This document shows positions 10,292 through 19,959 of a stretch of 64,000 nt of DNA, one piece after another (position 1 is the first letter of the stretch; every line of letters starts with the position of its first letter). Source of the DNA: an uncultured Gammaproteobacteria bacterium (GTDB taxonomy: Bacteria > Pseudomonadota > Gammaproteobacteria > Steroidobacterales > Steroidobacteraceae). The notes beneath the pieces were generated by a model. It was not told where the DNA came from and ran no database searches. It saw only the letters and a program-made list of their open reading frames with translations. Made by a program: the position numbers and the translations under genes. The DNA lies in the NCBI GenBank assembly GCA_963838275.1, contig CAWIQV010000023.1, positions 10,730-74,729 of the forward strand, in the 5' to 3' direction.

Positions 10292-11930
10292 ACACGCGCT
10301 CCTGGAAGGGTTCGATGCCGATGCGCCGCACCGTGTCGAGGAAGCGTTCCTCCTCGCCAAGCCGCTCGCGCACATACACCTCGAGAATCCGCTCGATCGT
10401 GCCGGCGACCTCGGCCTTCGGCACCGATGGCCCGATGACCTCGCCGAGCGCCGCGGGGGCCGCCGATGATCCGCCGAGCGTGATCTGGTACCACTCCTCA
10501 CCATGCTTGTCGACGCCGAGGATGCCGATGTGTCCGATGTGGTGATGGCCGCACGCGTTCATGCAGCCCGACATCTTTATCTCGATCGGTCCGAGCTCGT
10601 ACAGATAGTCGAAGTCGTCGAAGCGCTCATCGATCTGCAGGGCGATCGGAATCGAACCGGCGTTCGCCAGGCTGCAGAAATCCAGCCCGGGGCAGCAGAT
10701 CATGTCGGTGAGGGTGCCGATGTTCGGCGTGGCGAGCCGCAGCGCATCGAGCGCGCGCCACAGCTCGCGCAAGCCCTGCTGCGGCACGTCGCAGAGCACG
10801 AGATTCTGGTCGTGGGTCGCGCGCAGCTCGCCGAAACTCCAGGCGTCCGCGAGACCCGCGAGCGCGTCCATCTGCGCGGCGGTGATGTCGCCGGGAGCTT
10901 CGCCGTGCGCCTTGAGCGACACGTACACGATCCGATAGCCGGCGACGCGGTGGGGCGCCGTGTTGTGACGGTACCAGGCGGCGAAGGCGGCATCGGCCGC
11001 GCTCGCGGCCGGGGCCGGCAGCTCCGGCAGTTGCGCGTAGGCCGGTGGGGCGAAGCCGGAGCGCATACGTGCGACTGCCGCCGCGCTCAGCTGTGGCGCG
11101 AAAGCGCGGCTGCCCTCGAACTCCTGCTCGACCTGGCGCCTGAACTCCTCGACGCCGAGCGCGCGTACCAGGATCTTGATGCGCGACTTGTACAGGTTGT
11201 CGCGACGCCCATGCTGGTTGTAGACGCGCAGGATCGCCTCGAGGTACGCCAGCAGATCCTGCTCCGGCAGCTGCGTGCGGATCAGCTTGCCGATCACCGG
11301 CGTGCGGCCGAGGCCGCCACCGGCCAGGATGTCGAAGCTGACCCGCCCGTCCGCGTCGACCCGCAGGCGCACGCCGATGTCGTGCACCTCGACGGCGGCA
11401 CGGTCGGCCGTCGAGCCGGTCACGGCGATCTTGAACTTGCGCGGCAGGTAGTTGAACTCGGGGTGCAGCGTGGCCCACTGCCGGATCAGCTCGCAGTAGG
11501 GCCGTGGATCGGCGAGCTCGTCGCGGGCAACCCCCGCCAGCGGATCGGAAGTGATGTTGCGGATGCAGTTGCCGCTGGTCTGGATGGCGTGCATCTCGAC
11601 GCTCGCCAGCTCCTCCAGGATATCGGGCACCTGCTCGAGGCGCGGCCAGTTGTACTGGATGTTCTGCCGCGTCGTGAAATGGCCGTAGCCGCGGTCGTAG
11701 CGCCGCGCGATGTGCGCCAGCATGCGCAGCTGGGCGCTCGAGAGCAGTCCGTACGGGATCGATACCCGCAGCATCGGCGCGTGACGCTGGATGTACAGGC
11801 CATTGCGCAGCCGCAGGCCGCGGAATTCGTCCTCGCTCAGGCTACCTTCCAGGAAGCGGCGGGTCTGGTCGCGGAACTGGGCGACGCGTTCGCGGACCAG
11901 CGTGTGGTCGATGACATCGTAGCGGTACAT
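10266..11930 (-). CDS. cysI: assimilatory sulfite reductase hemoprotein (nitrite/sulfite reductase family)
   Basis: ORF track, 554 aa. Siroheme/4Fe-4S Cys motifs MICCPGLDFCSLA and SGCMNACGHHHIGHIGILG. Two NIR_SIR repeats. Confidence 0.9.
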   Translation of the reverse strand: MYRYDVIDHTLVRERVAQFRDQTRRFLEGSLSEDEFRGLRLRNGLYIQRHAPMLRVSIPYGLLSSAQLRMLAHIARRYDRGYGHFTTRQNIQYNWPRLEQVPDILEELASVEMHAIQTSGNCIRNITSDPLAGVARDELADPRPYCELIRQWATLHPEFNYLPRKFKIAVTGSTADRAAVEVHDIGVRLRVDADGRVSFDILAGGGLGRTPVIGKLIRTQLPEQDLLAYLEAILRVYNQHGRRDNLYKSRIKILVRALGVEEFRRQVEQEFEGSRAFAPQLSAAAVARMRSGFAPPAYAQLPELPAPAASAADAAFAAWYRHNTAPHRVAGYRIVYVSLKAHGEAPGDITAAQMDALAGLADAWSFGELRATHDQNLVLCDVPQQGLRELWRALDALRLATPNIGTLTDMICCPGLDFCSLANAGSIPIALQIDERFDDFDYLYELGPIEIKMSGCMNACGHHHIGHIGILGVDKHGEEWYQITLGGSSAAPAALGEVIGPSVPKAEVAGTIERILEVYVRERLGEEERFLDTVRRIGIEPFQERVYAADHSAA

Positions 11931-12005
11931 GGATTCCAGCGGTGCCGTGCGCAGCGCGCAGGATATACGGGAAACCCGTTATGAGCACCTGCCCGGGGGG
12001 TTATA

Positions 12006-14747
12006 TCAGCCGAGCTGCTGCAGGCCGCGGGCCATGCCGCTGACGCTGGCCTGGAGCGCCTCGAGCAGGTCGCGGTTCTGGCGCCCGCTTGCGCGCCAGC
12101 GTTCCAGCAGCTCGACCTGCATCAGGTTCATCGGATCGACATAGGGGTTGCGCATTGCGATGGCGCGTTGCAGCGTGCGGTCGGTATCCAGCAGCGCCGT
12201 GCACTCCTTGATCTCGAGCACCAGCTGCACGCAGCGCTCGAATTCCTCGCGCAGCAGCGGACCGTAGTGGCGCAGCTCCGGGCCCGCCAGGCGGTCATAA
12301 TGCGAGGCGATGGCCATGTCGGTGCGCGCCAGCATCGACTCGGTGTCGTCGATCAGGTTGTGGAAGAACGGCCAGCCGCGATAGCAGCGGCGCAGCAGCG
12401 CCAGACCGCGCTCGGCCAGCGCCGCGGCAAGTCCGGTTCCCGCACCGTACCAGCCGGGAAGCATGTGCCGCGACTGCGACCACGCGTAGACCCAGGCCGC
12501 GGGCCGCACCGCCTGCAATCCGTGGCGTTCCCCGCCGGGGACGTGCTGCGCACCGATGTGCATGCGCTCGATCACGTCGATCGGCGTGACCGCGCGAAAG
12601 TAATCGGCGAACTGCGGCTGCTCGATCACCAGGCCGCGCCAGGCGCGCTCGCTGTGCTCGGCAACCAGCGCCGCGCAATCCGCCAGCGCCGCGCCCTCGC
12701 GCACGGCCACGCCGCGCCGTACCGCCAGGGTCGCGAGCGACAGCGTGCTGAAGGCGCGTTCCAGGGTGCGCATCGCATTGGGCCGGAGCCCGTAGTTCTG
12801 GCTGATGCTCTCACCCTGCTCGGTGAAGCGCAGCACCCCGCTGACCGATTCCGCCGGCGCGGCCCGCAGCAGCTCATCGATCCGGCCGCCACCACGCGGA
12901 ACGCTGCCGCCGCGGCTGTAGATGAGCACGTGCTGCTCCCGTGCCTGGTCGAGCGCGGCCGTGAGGTGGCGCTGCGCACGGTAAGCGGCGTGGCGCGACG
13001 CCACCATGCCGCTCTCCTGGCTGCTGTGCGAGTAGCCGATCAGCACGGTCTGCTTGCTGCCGCGCGCTTCCAGATGCCGCTTGTAGACGGCATCGGAGAG
13101 CAGTTCGCGCATCAGCGCACCGCAGCGTTCGAGCGTCGCGACGCTGTCGAACTGCGGCGCGACGTCGAGCGCGACCTGGCCGCTGCCCTTGTCGTAGGCT
13201 TCGGCCCAGCGCGCCAGCACCAGCGGGGCGAGCACGTCGTCGGCTTCGGCCGCCCCGCTCACGATGTACAGTCCGATCGCCTCATCGCCGTAGCGGTGCC
13301 GGCACTGCACGATCGCATCGAACACCGCGAGGGTGCGCTTGCCCAGGGCATCGAGCGGCCCGGCGGGCGCCAGGTCGCGCTCGAGCACGTCGACCAGCCG
13401 CGCATGGCGCTCGGCCGGCGTGCGCGCCGGCCACTGCGGATCGTCCAGGCCCTGGGCGAGTACCGCCTGGTGGACGCTGGTGTGGGCCTTGAGATCCAGG
13501 CTCGCCAGGTGGAAGCCAAAGGTGTCGATGCGCGCGAGCAGTCGGCGCACCGGATAGTAGCCGGCGTGGGCGCCGCGGTGTGCCAGCAGGCTGTGCGCGA
13601 TCAGCGCGATGTCGGCCCGGAACTGTGCCGGATGCTGGTAGCCGCTGGCGCGGCCGTCGTAGGTCGCATGCAGGCGCTCGGCGATCTGTCCGAGCAGCGC
13701 GCGATACGGCATGCGGTCATGCCTCGAGGGGGCGATGCCCGGTGCGCCGGGCAGCAGGGTGCGGTACTCCTCGAGCCGGCCCATCACCTCGGAGGAAACG
13801 CCGACGCGCCGCTCGCTCTGGGACAGTACCTGCGCGAGCTGCTGGCACTCCTCGTAGTAGTTGTTGATGATGACCTGCTGGAAGCGCGACAGCGTCTCGC
13901 GGATGCTCTTGGCGTGAACGTCCACCGAGGCTTCCATGTCGCCGCCCACCCAGGTGCCGAAGCGCACGATCACCGGCAGTTCGATGGACTCCGGCGAGAC
14001 GTCGTAGAGCCGCGCCAGCGCGGTTGCGATCTCCTGATAGAAGGCGGGAATGATCCGGTAGAGCACCTCCGCGAGGTAGAAGATCGCATGCTCGCGCTCG
14101 TCGGCGACCGTCAGGCGCTCGCGCGGATGCTCCTCGGTCTGCCAGTCGATGCTGACTTCGCTGCGCACCCGCTCGAGCAGTGACGCCTGCTCGTGTGGCG
14201 CCAGGTTCAGGTTGTCGCGCTCGAGCAGCAGGCCCGCCACGCGCTGGTGCCGGCGCAGCGTCGTGCGGCGTGCCGACTCGATCGGGTGGGCGAGCAGCAC
14301 CGGTTCGATCGACAACTGCGCCATCAGCTGCAGCACATCCCCGAGGCCAAGGCCTCCCGCCTTGAGTTCGGACAGTGCATCGCCGACGCCGCCGGGCTGG
14401 GGGCGCTCGCGATCGCGCCGGAAATACTCGCGGCGACGGCGGATGCGGTGCACCCGCTCGGCGAGATTGGTCAGCTGGAACCAGGACGAGAAGGCGCGCA
14501 GCAGTTCGCGCGCTACCCGCGGCGCCCGACCGCGCACGCGCACCGACAGCGCGTCGAAGGCGCCGGGGGCGCCCTCGCGAGCGCGCACGGCGATCTCCCG
14601 GTCCTGCTCGAAAAGCTGCAGCAGCTCGTCGCCGCCCTGTTCGCGCAACACCTGGCGCATCAGTTCGCCAAGCGCCTCGATGTCCTCGCGCAGCGGCAGG
14701 TGCCGCGCCGTGAAACTGCTGTCCTGGCCGTTCATGGGGGGCGGCAT
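12006..14747 (-). CDS. ppc: phosphoenolpyruvate carboxylase
   Basis: C-terminal ~914 aa of the 1450-aa ORF 12006..16358. Start at MPPPMNGQ (or MNGQ 12 nt later), 8 nt after the upstream stop. PEPC-like motifs LIGYSHSSQESG, YSRGGSVPRGGG, MRNPYVDPMN. Confidence 0.9.
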   Translation of the reverse strand: MPPPMNGQDSSFTARHLPLREDIEALGELMRQVLREQGGDELLQLFEQDREIAVRAREGAPGAFDALSVRVRGRAPRVARELLRAFSSWFQLTNLAERVHRIRRRREYFRRDRERPQPGGVGDALSELKAGGLGLGDVLQLMAQLSIEPVLLAHPIESARRTTLRRHQRVAGLLLERDNLNLAPHEQASLLERVRSEVSIDWQTEEHPRERLTVADEREHAIFYLAEVLYRIIPAFYQEIATALARLYDVSPESIELPVIVRFGTWVGGDMEASVDVHAKSIRETLSRFQQVIINNYYEECQQLAQVLSQSERRVGVSSEVMGRLEEYRTLLPGAPGIAPSRHDRMPYRALLGQIAERLHATYDGRASGYQHPAQFRADIALIAHSLLAHRGAHAGYYPVRRLLARIDTFGFHLASLDLKAHTSVHQAVLAQGLDDPQWPARTPAERHARLVDVLERDLAPAGPLDALGKRTLAVFDAIVQCRHRYGDEAIGLYIVSGAAEADDVLAPLVLARWAEAYDKGSGQVALDVAPQFDSVATLERCGALMRELLSDAVYKRHLEARGSKQTVLIGYSHSSQESGMVASRHAAYRAQRHLTAALDQAREQHVLIYSRGGSVPRGGGRIDELLRAAPAESVSGVLRFTEQGESISQNYGLRPNAMRTLERAFSTLSLATLAVRRGVAVREGAALADCAALVAEHSERAWRGLVIEQPQFADYFRAVTPIDVIERMHIGAQHVPGGERHGLQAVRPAAWVYAWSQSRHMLPGWYGAGTGLAAALAERGLALLRRCYRGWPFFHNLIDDTESMLARTDMAIASHYDRLAGPELRHYGPLLREEFERCVQLVLEIKECTALLDTDRTLQRAIAMRNPYVDPMNLMQVELLERWRASGRQNRDLLEALQASVSGMARGLQQLG

Positions 14748-14755
14748 TCTAACCC

Positions 14756-16771
14756 CTAACCGGCGAGCAGCACGGCCTCGGCATGCTCGAGCGCCTCCGC
14801 CGTGCCATAGATCACGACCACGTCGCCCTCGCGCAGCTCGGTCTCGCCGTCCGGTTCGCGTCCGGTGATGCCCTGGCGGCGGATCGCCGTGAAGGCGACC
14901 TCCGCACCACGCGCGCGCACCTCGGCCAGGCGCCGCCCGACCGCCCAGGCCAGAGGCGGCAGCACGACGGTGCGCAGGCCTTCCCCGCCCCCCGGCTCCA
15001 CCTCCGCCGGCATCGCCCCCGCCATCGTACGCAGCGTCGAGTAACGTTGCCGGCGCAGGCTCTCGACGATCCGCAGCACCTGCGGGGACGGCAGGTGCAG
15101 CAGCGTGAGCGCCTGCGAGACCAGGGTCAGGCTGGCCTCGAAAGTCTCCGGCACCACCTCGGTTGCGCCCGCCTCGGCCAGCTCGCGCAGCCCCGCGTCG
15201 TCCGCGGTCCGCACCAGCACCGGCACGTCGCTGCGCAGCCGCCGCACGGCGCGCACGACCCCGAGTGCGATGGCCGGCGCGGCGAAGGTGATGATCACGA
15301 CCGTCGCGCGATCGACGCCGAGACTGCGCAGCAACTCCTCGTCGGCGCAATCGCCGAACACGACCGACTGGCCGGCCTGGCGCGCCGCGCGTACGTTCGC
15401 GGGATCGAGGTCGACGGCCAGGTACTCGAAGCCCTGCGATTCGAGCACCCGCGAGAGGTTCTGGCCGACCCGGCCGAACCCGCACACGATCACGTGCTCG
15501 CGCTGCGCGAGCTCGCTCGGGATGCCGTTCTCGGGCAGTGCCGGGCTGCGTGGCGGACCGGCTTCGCGCAGCAGCACGCGCGCGATGCGCCGGTTGTAGC
15601 GGATGATCACCGGGCTCAGGATCATGCCGAGCACCACGGTGGCGAGCAGCGTCTGGGCGAACTTCGGCGGCAGCAGCTCCCGGCCCTGGGTCAGGATCGT
15701 CAGCAGCGCGACACCGAACTCCCCGCCTCCGGCCAGCACCAGCCCGGTGCGCAGCGCCTTGAACGGACTGGCCACGAAGGCTCGCGTCGCCAGCGCCGAC
15801 AGCAGCGCCTTCGCGACGACGAGTGCCGCGAGCACCGCCGCGATGCTGGGTAGGTTCGCCGCCAGCACCTGCAGGTCGAGCAGCATTCCGACCGATATGA
15901 AGAACAGCCCGAGCAGCAGCTCGCGAAACGGCCGGATCACCGCCTCGATCTGGTGCCGGTATTCGGTCTCGGCGAAGGTCATGCCCGCCAGGAACGCGCC
16001 GAGCGCCATCGACAGCCCCAGCCACTGGGTGATCCACGCCTCGGTCAGCACGACCAGCAGCGCCGCGAGCGTGAACAGTTCGCGCAGGCGGCTGTGGGCG
16101 ATCGCGTACAGCAGCGGCCGCAGCGCCCAGCGACCGAGCGCGATCACCACGACCAGAGCCACGAGCCCGAGGCCGACCAGGCGCAGCACGCCCGCCGCAC
16201 CGAAGCCAGTCCCACCCTGCGCCAGCACGGTGGCGATCGCGAGCAGCGGCACGAACGCCAGGTCCTGGAACAGCAGCACCGCGAATGACAGGCGGCCGTG
16301 CGTGCGGTTGAGTTCGTCCTGGTCCCCGAGCTGGCGCAGCACGATCGCGGTCGAACACATCGTGAGCGCACCACCAGTCACGCTCGCGCTCGGCCAGCCG
16401 ACTCCGAGTGCATGCGCGACCACCGCGCCGGTGCCGCCGACCAGCAGCGTCTGCAGCGCACCGAGCCCGAACACCTCGCGGCGCATCGCCATCATGCGCG
16501 GATAGGCGAATTCGAGGCCTAGCGTGAAGAGCAGGAATACGACGCCGATCCCGGCGATCGCGTGCGTCTGCGCGTCGTCGGGCAGTACCGCAAACGCGTG
16601 CGGTCCGAGCACGATGCCGACGGCAAGATAGCCGAGGATGGGAGGCAGGCCCACGCGACGGGCCAGCGCCACCACCAGCACCGAGGCCGCGAGCAGTACC
16701 AGGACCTGGCCGAGAGAGGTTACGGGCACCGGCAGGACGTTAGGTGCAGCCGCGCTACTTGTCCATCGCAA
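14756..16771 (-). CDS. CPA2 family monovalent cation:proton antiporter / K+ efflux protein (KefB/KefC-like) with TrkA-N and TrkA-C domains
   Basis: ORF track, 671 aa. Multi-TM Na_H exchanger N-half (GLPPILGYLAVGIVLGP). Rossmann motif VIVCGFGRVGQ. C-terminal TrkA-C-like segment. TTG start; a downstream GTG is possible. Confidence 0.85.
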   Translation of the reverse strand: MRWTSSAAAPNVLPVPVTSLGQVLVLLAASVLVVALARRVGLPPILGYLAVGIVLGPHAFAVLPDDAQTHAIAGIGVVFLLFTLGLEFAYPRMMAMRREVFGLGALQTLLVGGTGAVVAHALGVGWPSASVTGGALTMCSTAIVLRQLGDQDELNRTHGRLSFAVLLFQDLAFVPLLAIATVLAQGGTGFGAAGVLRLVGLGLVALVVVIALGRWALRPLLYAIAHSRLRELFTLAALLVVLTEAWITQWLGLSMALGAFLAGMTFAETEYRHQIEAVIRPFRELLLGLFFISVGMLLDLQVLAANLPSIAAVLAALVVAKALLSALATRAFVASPFKALRTGLVLAGGGEFGVALLTILTQGRELLPPKFAQTLLATVVLGMILSPVIIRYNRRIARVLLREAGPPRSPALPENGIPSELAQREHVIVCGFGRVGQNLSRVLESQGFEYLAVDLDPANVRAARQAGQSVVFGDCADEELLRSLGVDRATVVIITFAAPAIALGVVRAVRRLRSDVPVLVRTADDAGLRELAEAGATEVVPETFEASLTLVSQALTLLHLPSPQVLRIVESLRRQRYSTLRTMAGAMPAEVEPGGGEGLRTVVLPPLAWAVGRRLAEVRARGAEVAFTAIRRQGITGREPDGETELREGDVVVIYGTAEALEHAEAVLLAG

Positions 16772-17114
16772 CCGTGGTGTCGTAGCGATCGAAGCCGTGG
16801 ATGGCGCGCTGATAGGCCTTCTGGACCATGCGCTCCGTGCCCTTGTCGGCCCGCGGTGAGAGCAGCATGCGCATCAGTACGTCATCGCCCGGCCGCGCCG
16901 GATCGTCGGCGAGCAGCTGCTCGATGAAGCGCGCCAGCCGGCAGACGATCTCGTTGACGAACCGCAGACGCGCCCCGTCCTGCACCTGCTCCACCCCAGG
17001 CCCGTAGGCGGTACGCGCCTCGACCGTCAGCTCGTGCACGAACACCGCGAGCAGCCGGGCCTGGTCGACCAGTGGCAGCTCGCTGAAATAGGAGATTTCG
17101 GACTGCAGGTTCAT
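16755..17114 (-). CDS. hypothetical cytoplasmic protein
   Basis: Inner ATG (MNLQSEISYF...) of ORF 16755..17147. Its stop overlaps the kefB-like start by 17 nt. No family recognised. Confidence 0.4.
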   Translation of the reverse strand: MNLQSEISYFSELPLVDQARLLAVFVHELTVEARTAYGPGVEQVQDGARLRFVNEIVCRLARFIEQLLADDPARPGDDVLMRMLLSPRADKGTERMVQKAYQRAIHGFDRYDTTVAMDK

Positions 17115-17183
17115 GCCGCCAGGTATCCGCCGGCGCGGGGCGCACACCAGCCGGGCGGCGTAGGCGCCGCGCAGGTGGGAGCC

Positions 17184-18122
17184 TCAACCGGTCGGCACGA
17201 ACTCGATCGGTTTGGTGGTGGTGATCGACGCAACATCCCGGGCCTCGAAATGGAACAGCCTTACGCGCGCACAGATCTTGCTTTCGAGCTCAGGATCCTT
17301 CAGTTCGCTGGACACGACACGGCAATCCGTCACTTCACCGGGCGGCGATATCGTGAACTCGAGCACGACTTTTCCCTGCAGGTCCGGCTGGTCGCGCAGC
17401 GCGCGCCCGTAGAGGGCGTAGATCGCACCCTTGTTGCGGTCGAACACCAGCGCGATCTCCTCCTCGCTGCGCGAGGGCTTGCCGCTGCTGCCGCGATTGA
17501 CGCTGTCGGGCCGCCCGACCGCGGCCAGGCTGGAAGTGACCTGGGTGGTCTCGTGCCCCGTCAGCGAGCCCGCGCCGCCGCCGAATCCGCGGCTGGCATT
17601 GGCGCTGGTGATGCCGGCAGAGCCGGTGCCGACCTTCGAGGCGATCAGCGAGCGTTCCGCATGACTGTCCTGACCGACCGCGCCCTGCAGGTTGCGGGTC
17701 TGGCTGAGCGGCGTGAGATCCACGTTCTGTCGCAGGTCGGCCAGCTCGTCCTGGAACTTGAGCAGGCCCGACTGCTGCGCATGGCGCCTTGCCTCCGCGG
17801 CGCGGTCGACCGGCTTGGGTGCCTCGACCGGCTTCACTTCCGGCTTCGGCTTCGGCAGCTCGACCGGTGGCGGCGGCGCCGGGGGCTTCGGCTTCTCCTC
17901 GACCATCAGGCGCGCCAGGCGTTCGGGAACCGCATCCGCGGCCGTCTGCTGCTCCTGGGGCAGGTGAATCAGCGGCAGCACCAGCCCGAGCACGAGCAGC
18001 AGCAGCAGCCCGCCCGTCACCAGGCCGTTGAGCCGGCGGCGCTCCGCCGGATCGATGTCCCACGGCAGCTCGAAACTGCGGTAGTAGGGGGTCAGCTGCA
18101 TCCGTACTGCCTCGGCCATCAC
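17184..18122 (-). CDS. TonB-like energy transducer with AgmX/PglI-type C-terminal domain
   Basis: ORF track, 312 aa. N-terminal TM segment LVTGGLLLLLVLGLVLPLI. Pro/Lys-rich spacer KPKPPAPPPPVELPKPKPEVKPVEAPKP. C-terminal ALYGRALRDQPDLQGKVVLEFTISPPGEVTDCRVV is a TonB_C-like fold pattern. 4-nt overlap with the upstream gene. Confidence 0.75.
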   Translation of the reverse strand: MMAEAVRMQLTPYYRSFELPWDIDPAERRRLNGLVTGGLLLLLVLGLVLPLIHLPQEQQTAADAVPERLARLMVEEKPKPPAPPPPVELPKPKPEVKPVEAPKPVDRAAEARRHAQQSGLLKFQDELADLRQNVDLTPLSQTRNLQGAVGQDSHAERSLIASKVGTGSAGITSANASRGFGGGAGSLTGHETTQVTSSLAAVGRPDSVNRGSSGKPSRSEEEIALVFDRNKGAIYALYGRALRDQPDLQGKVVLEFTISPPGEVTDCRVVSSELKDPELESKICARVRLFHFEARDVASITTTKPIEFVPTG

Positions 18123-18643
18123 GAGGTCCGCACGGCGCCCGCTGGCACCGGCTTGTCCTTCTGCAGCACGGCGAGCGAGATGCGGCCGTAGTCCGCATCC
18201 GTGCAGGTCGCCATGACCTTCTTGAGCACTTCGTAGGGCAGCGACTTGTCGCCCATCACCGTGATCTCGCGGTTGGCGAGGTCCTGCTCCGAGACCCGGG
18301 CACCGACCAGGGTGGGTCGCTTGAGCGCGGCGCGCAGCGATTCGATGATGTTGCCCTGGGTGGCGCGGACGTCCGCCACCGAGGCGATGCGCTCTCCCTG
18401 CACGAACAGGTCGTCGCGCGTGAGCATCACGACCACGGTCTCGTGCGGCTGCAGCTCGGAGATCGATTGCGGGATCTCGATGCCCTTGCTGTTCTGCACC
18501 ACCTCGACGTTGGTGGAGTAGACCAGCAGGAACGAGACCATCACGCTCAGGATGTCGATCATCGGGATCAGGTTCAGCTCACCGTCGGTGCGATGGCGCA
18601 GCTGGTGCTGCAGCATGCGGCGCGCGCGGTTGGACATGCTCAT
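18119..18643 (-). CDS. ExbD/TolR family biopolymer transport protein (copy 2)
   Basis: ORF track, 174 aa. LNLIPMIDILSVMVSFLL carries the conserved TM aspartate. Confidence 0.85.
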   Translation of the reverse strand: MSMSNRARRMLQHQLRHRTDGELNLIPMIDILSVMVSFLLVYSTNVEVVQNSKGIEIPQSISELQPHETVVVMLTRDDLFVQGERIASVADVRATQGNIIESLRAALKRPTLVGARVSEQDLANREITVMGDKSLPYEVLKKVMATCTDADYGRISLAVLQKDKPVPAGAVRTS

Positions 18644-19170
18644 GGCCTGGCTCCGGGGACGTTGTCCGCGATCAGGGGCGCATCGCCGACCGAGATATCC
18701 GGGAACAGCTCGTACTGCACGACATTGAGCCCGGCATTGACCTCCAGCACCCGCATGCGATCCATCACCTGCACGACCGTGTCATACGGGATGTCCGGTT
18801 CCAGCAGTACGGTGGCTTCGGTCTTGTCCGGAAACTTCGACTTGACCTGCTGCAGGTAGTGCGAAAGGCCGTCGAAGTCGTAGGCGCCGCTCTTGTTCGG
18901 AAACGGCGCCAGCGGACCGGAGTTGCGGTCGCTGACCACGAGGGAATCCTTGCGCACGATCACTTCGAGCTGCAGGCCCGGGGGCGGCGGCGTGAACTGC
19001 GCATTCGAGGGCGGCAACTTGAGCTCGAGGATCACCGTGCGCGAGAACACCGCGGTCATCAGCAGGAAGGTGACCAGCACCGTGAAGATGTCGATCATCG
19101 GTACCAGCAGCAGCTCCGCGGGCTTGCGGTTGTGCCGCATCAGCTTGCGGACGCTGTATGAACGGCGCAT
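18640..19170 (-). CDS. ExbD/TolR family biopolymer transport protein (copy 1)
   Basis: ORF track, 176 aa. LLLVPMIDIFTVLVTFLL carries the conserved TM aspartate. Confidence 0.85.
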   Translation of the reverse strand: MRRSYSVRKLMRHNRKPAELLLVPMIDIFTVLVTFLLMTAVFSRTVILELKLPPSNAQFTPPPPGLQLEVIVRKDSLVVSDRNSGPLAPFPNKSGAYDFDGLSHYLQQVKSKFPDKTEATVLLEPDIPYDTVVQVMDRMRVLEVNAGLNVVQYELFPDISVGDAPLIADNVPGARP

Positions 19171-19200
19171 GCGCGACTCCGGGCTACCCGACGCGGCGCG

Positions 19201-19879
19201 TCAGGCGGCCGCCGCGGACGAGGCGGCGGTGGATGCGCCGGACTGCGGCTGGCGTTCGGTCACGGAATTCAGGAACTTCACCGACGCCATCTCGAGGCTG
19301 TCGATCAGCTCGGTGGTCTTGGTCTGCAGCACGGCGTGGATCAACAGCAGCGGCACGGCGCTCATCAGGCCGAAGGCGGTACAGTTCATCGCGACCGAGA
19401 TGCTCGCCGAGAGCAGGTTGGCCTTCTCGGCCGGGTTCACGGTGGCGACGGCGGCAAACGCGTTGATCAGGCCGATGACCGTGCCGAGCAGACCGAGCAG
19501 CGTCGAGAGATTCGCGAAGGTGGCGATGTAATGCGTGCGCTTCTCGAGCCGCGGCATGACGTCCATCAGGCTCTCTTCCATCGCCTTCTCGATGTCGTCG
19601 CGCGTACGCGCCGAGGACAGCCGTGCCAGTCCGTAGCTCAGGATCTGGCCGATCGCGGACGACGATTTCCCGGTCAGCTGCACGGCCGCGCGGAAATTTC
19701 CCTGCGCCAGCAGCGGCGCGAGCTGGTTCCACAGCCCGCGGTTCCGGATCGCGGTGAAGGTCAGGTAGATCCATCGCTCGACGGCGATCGCCAGACCCAC
19801 GACCAGCACGACGGCGATCGGGATACATCATCTCGCCGCCACCCTGGAAGAACCGGATTATGTGACTGAACAGATTCAT
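19201..19879 (-). pseudogene. MotA/TolQ/ExbB proton-channel protein, interrupted by a +1 indel
   Basis: The N-terminus MNLFSHIIRFFQGGGEMMYP is in the frame of ORF 19184..19927. The remainder, IAVVLVVGLAIAVERW...LLGLLGTVIGLINAF...AFGLMSAVPLLLIH, is in ORF 19201..19809. The junction is TATCCCGATCGCC at ~19822; removing one C restores a single frame. Span 679 nt = 3n+1. Confidence 0.8.
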
Positions 19880-19959
19880 CGTGCTGACTCCCGTGCCTGC
19901 GCGCCGTTGGACCGCTGATACTCGCAAACTAAAGTGACATAAACGCTCATTGCCACGAC

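Noticed and set aside
12006-16358. 1450-aa ORF that would fuse ~530 extra N-terminal residues to PEP carboxylase
   Set aside because: The extension is Arg/Ala/Gly/Pro-rich junk. It overlaps, in another frame, the well-supported KefB-like gene on the same strand. PEPC homology starts at MNGQDSSF. This is a GC-rich open-frame artefact.
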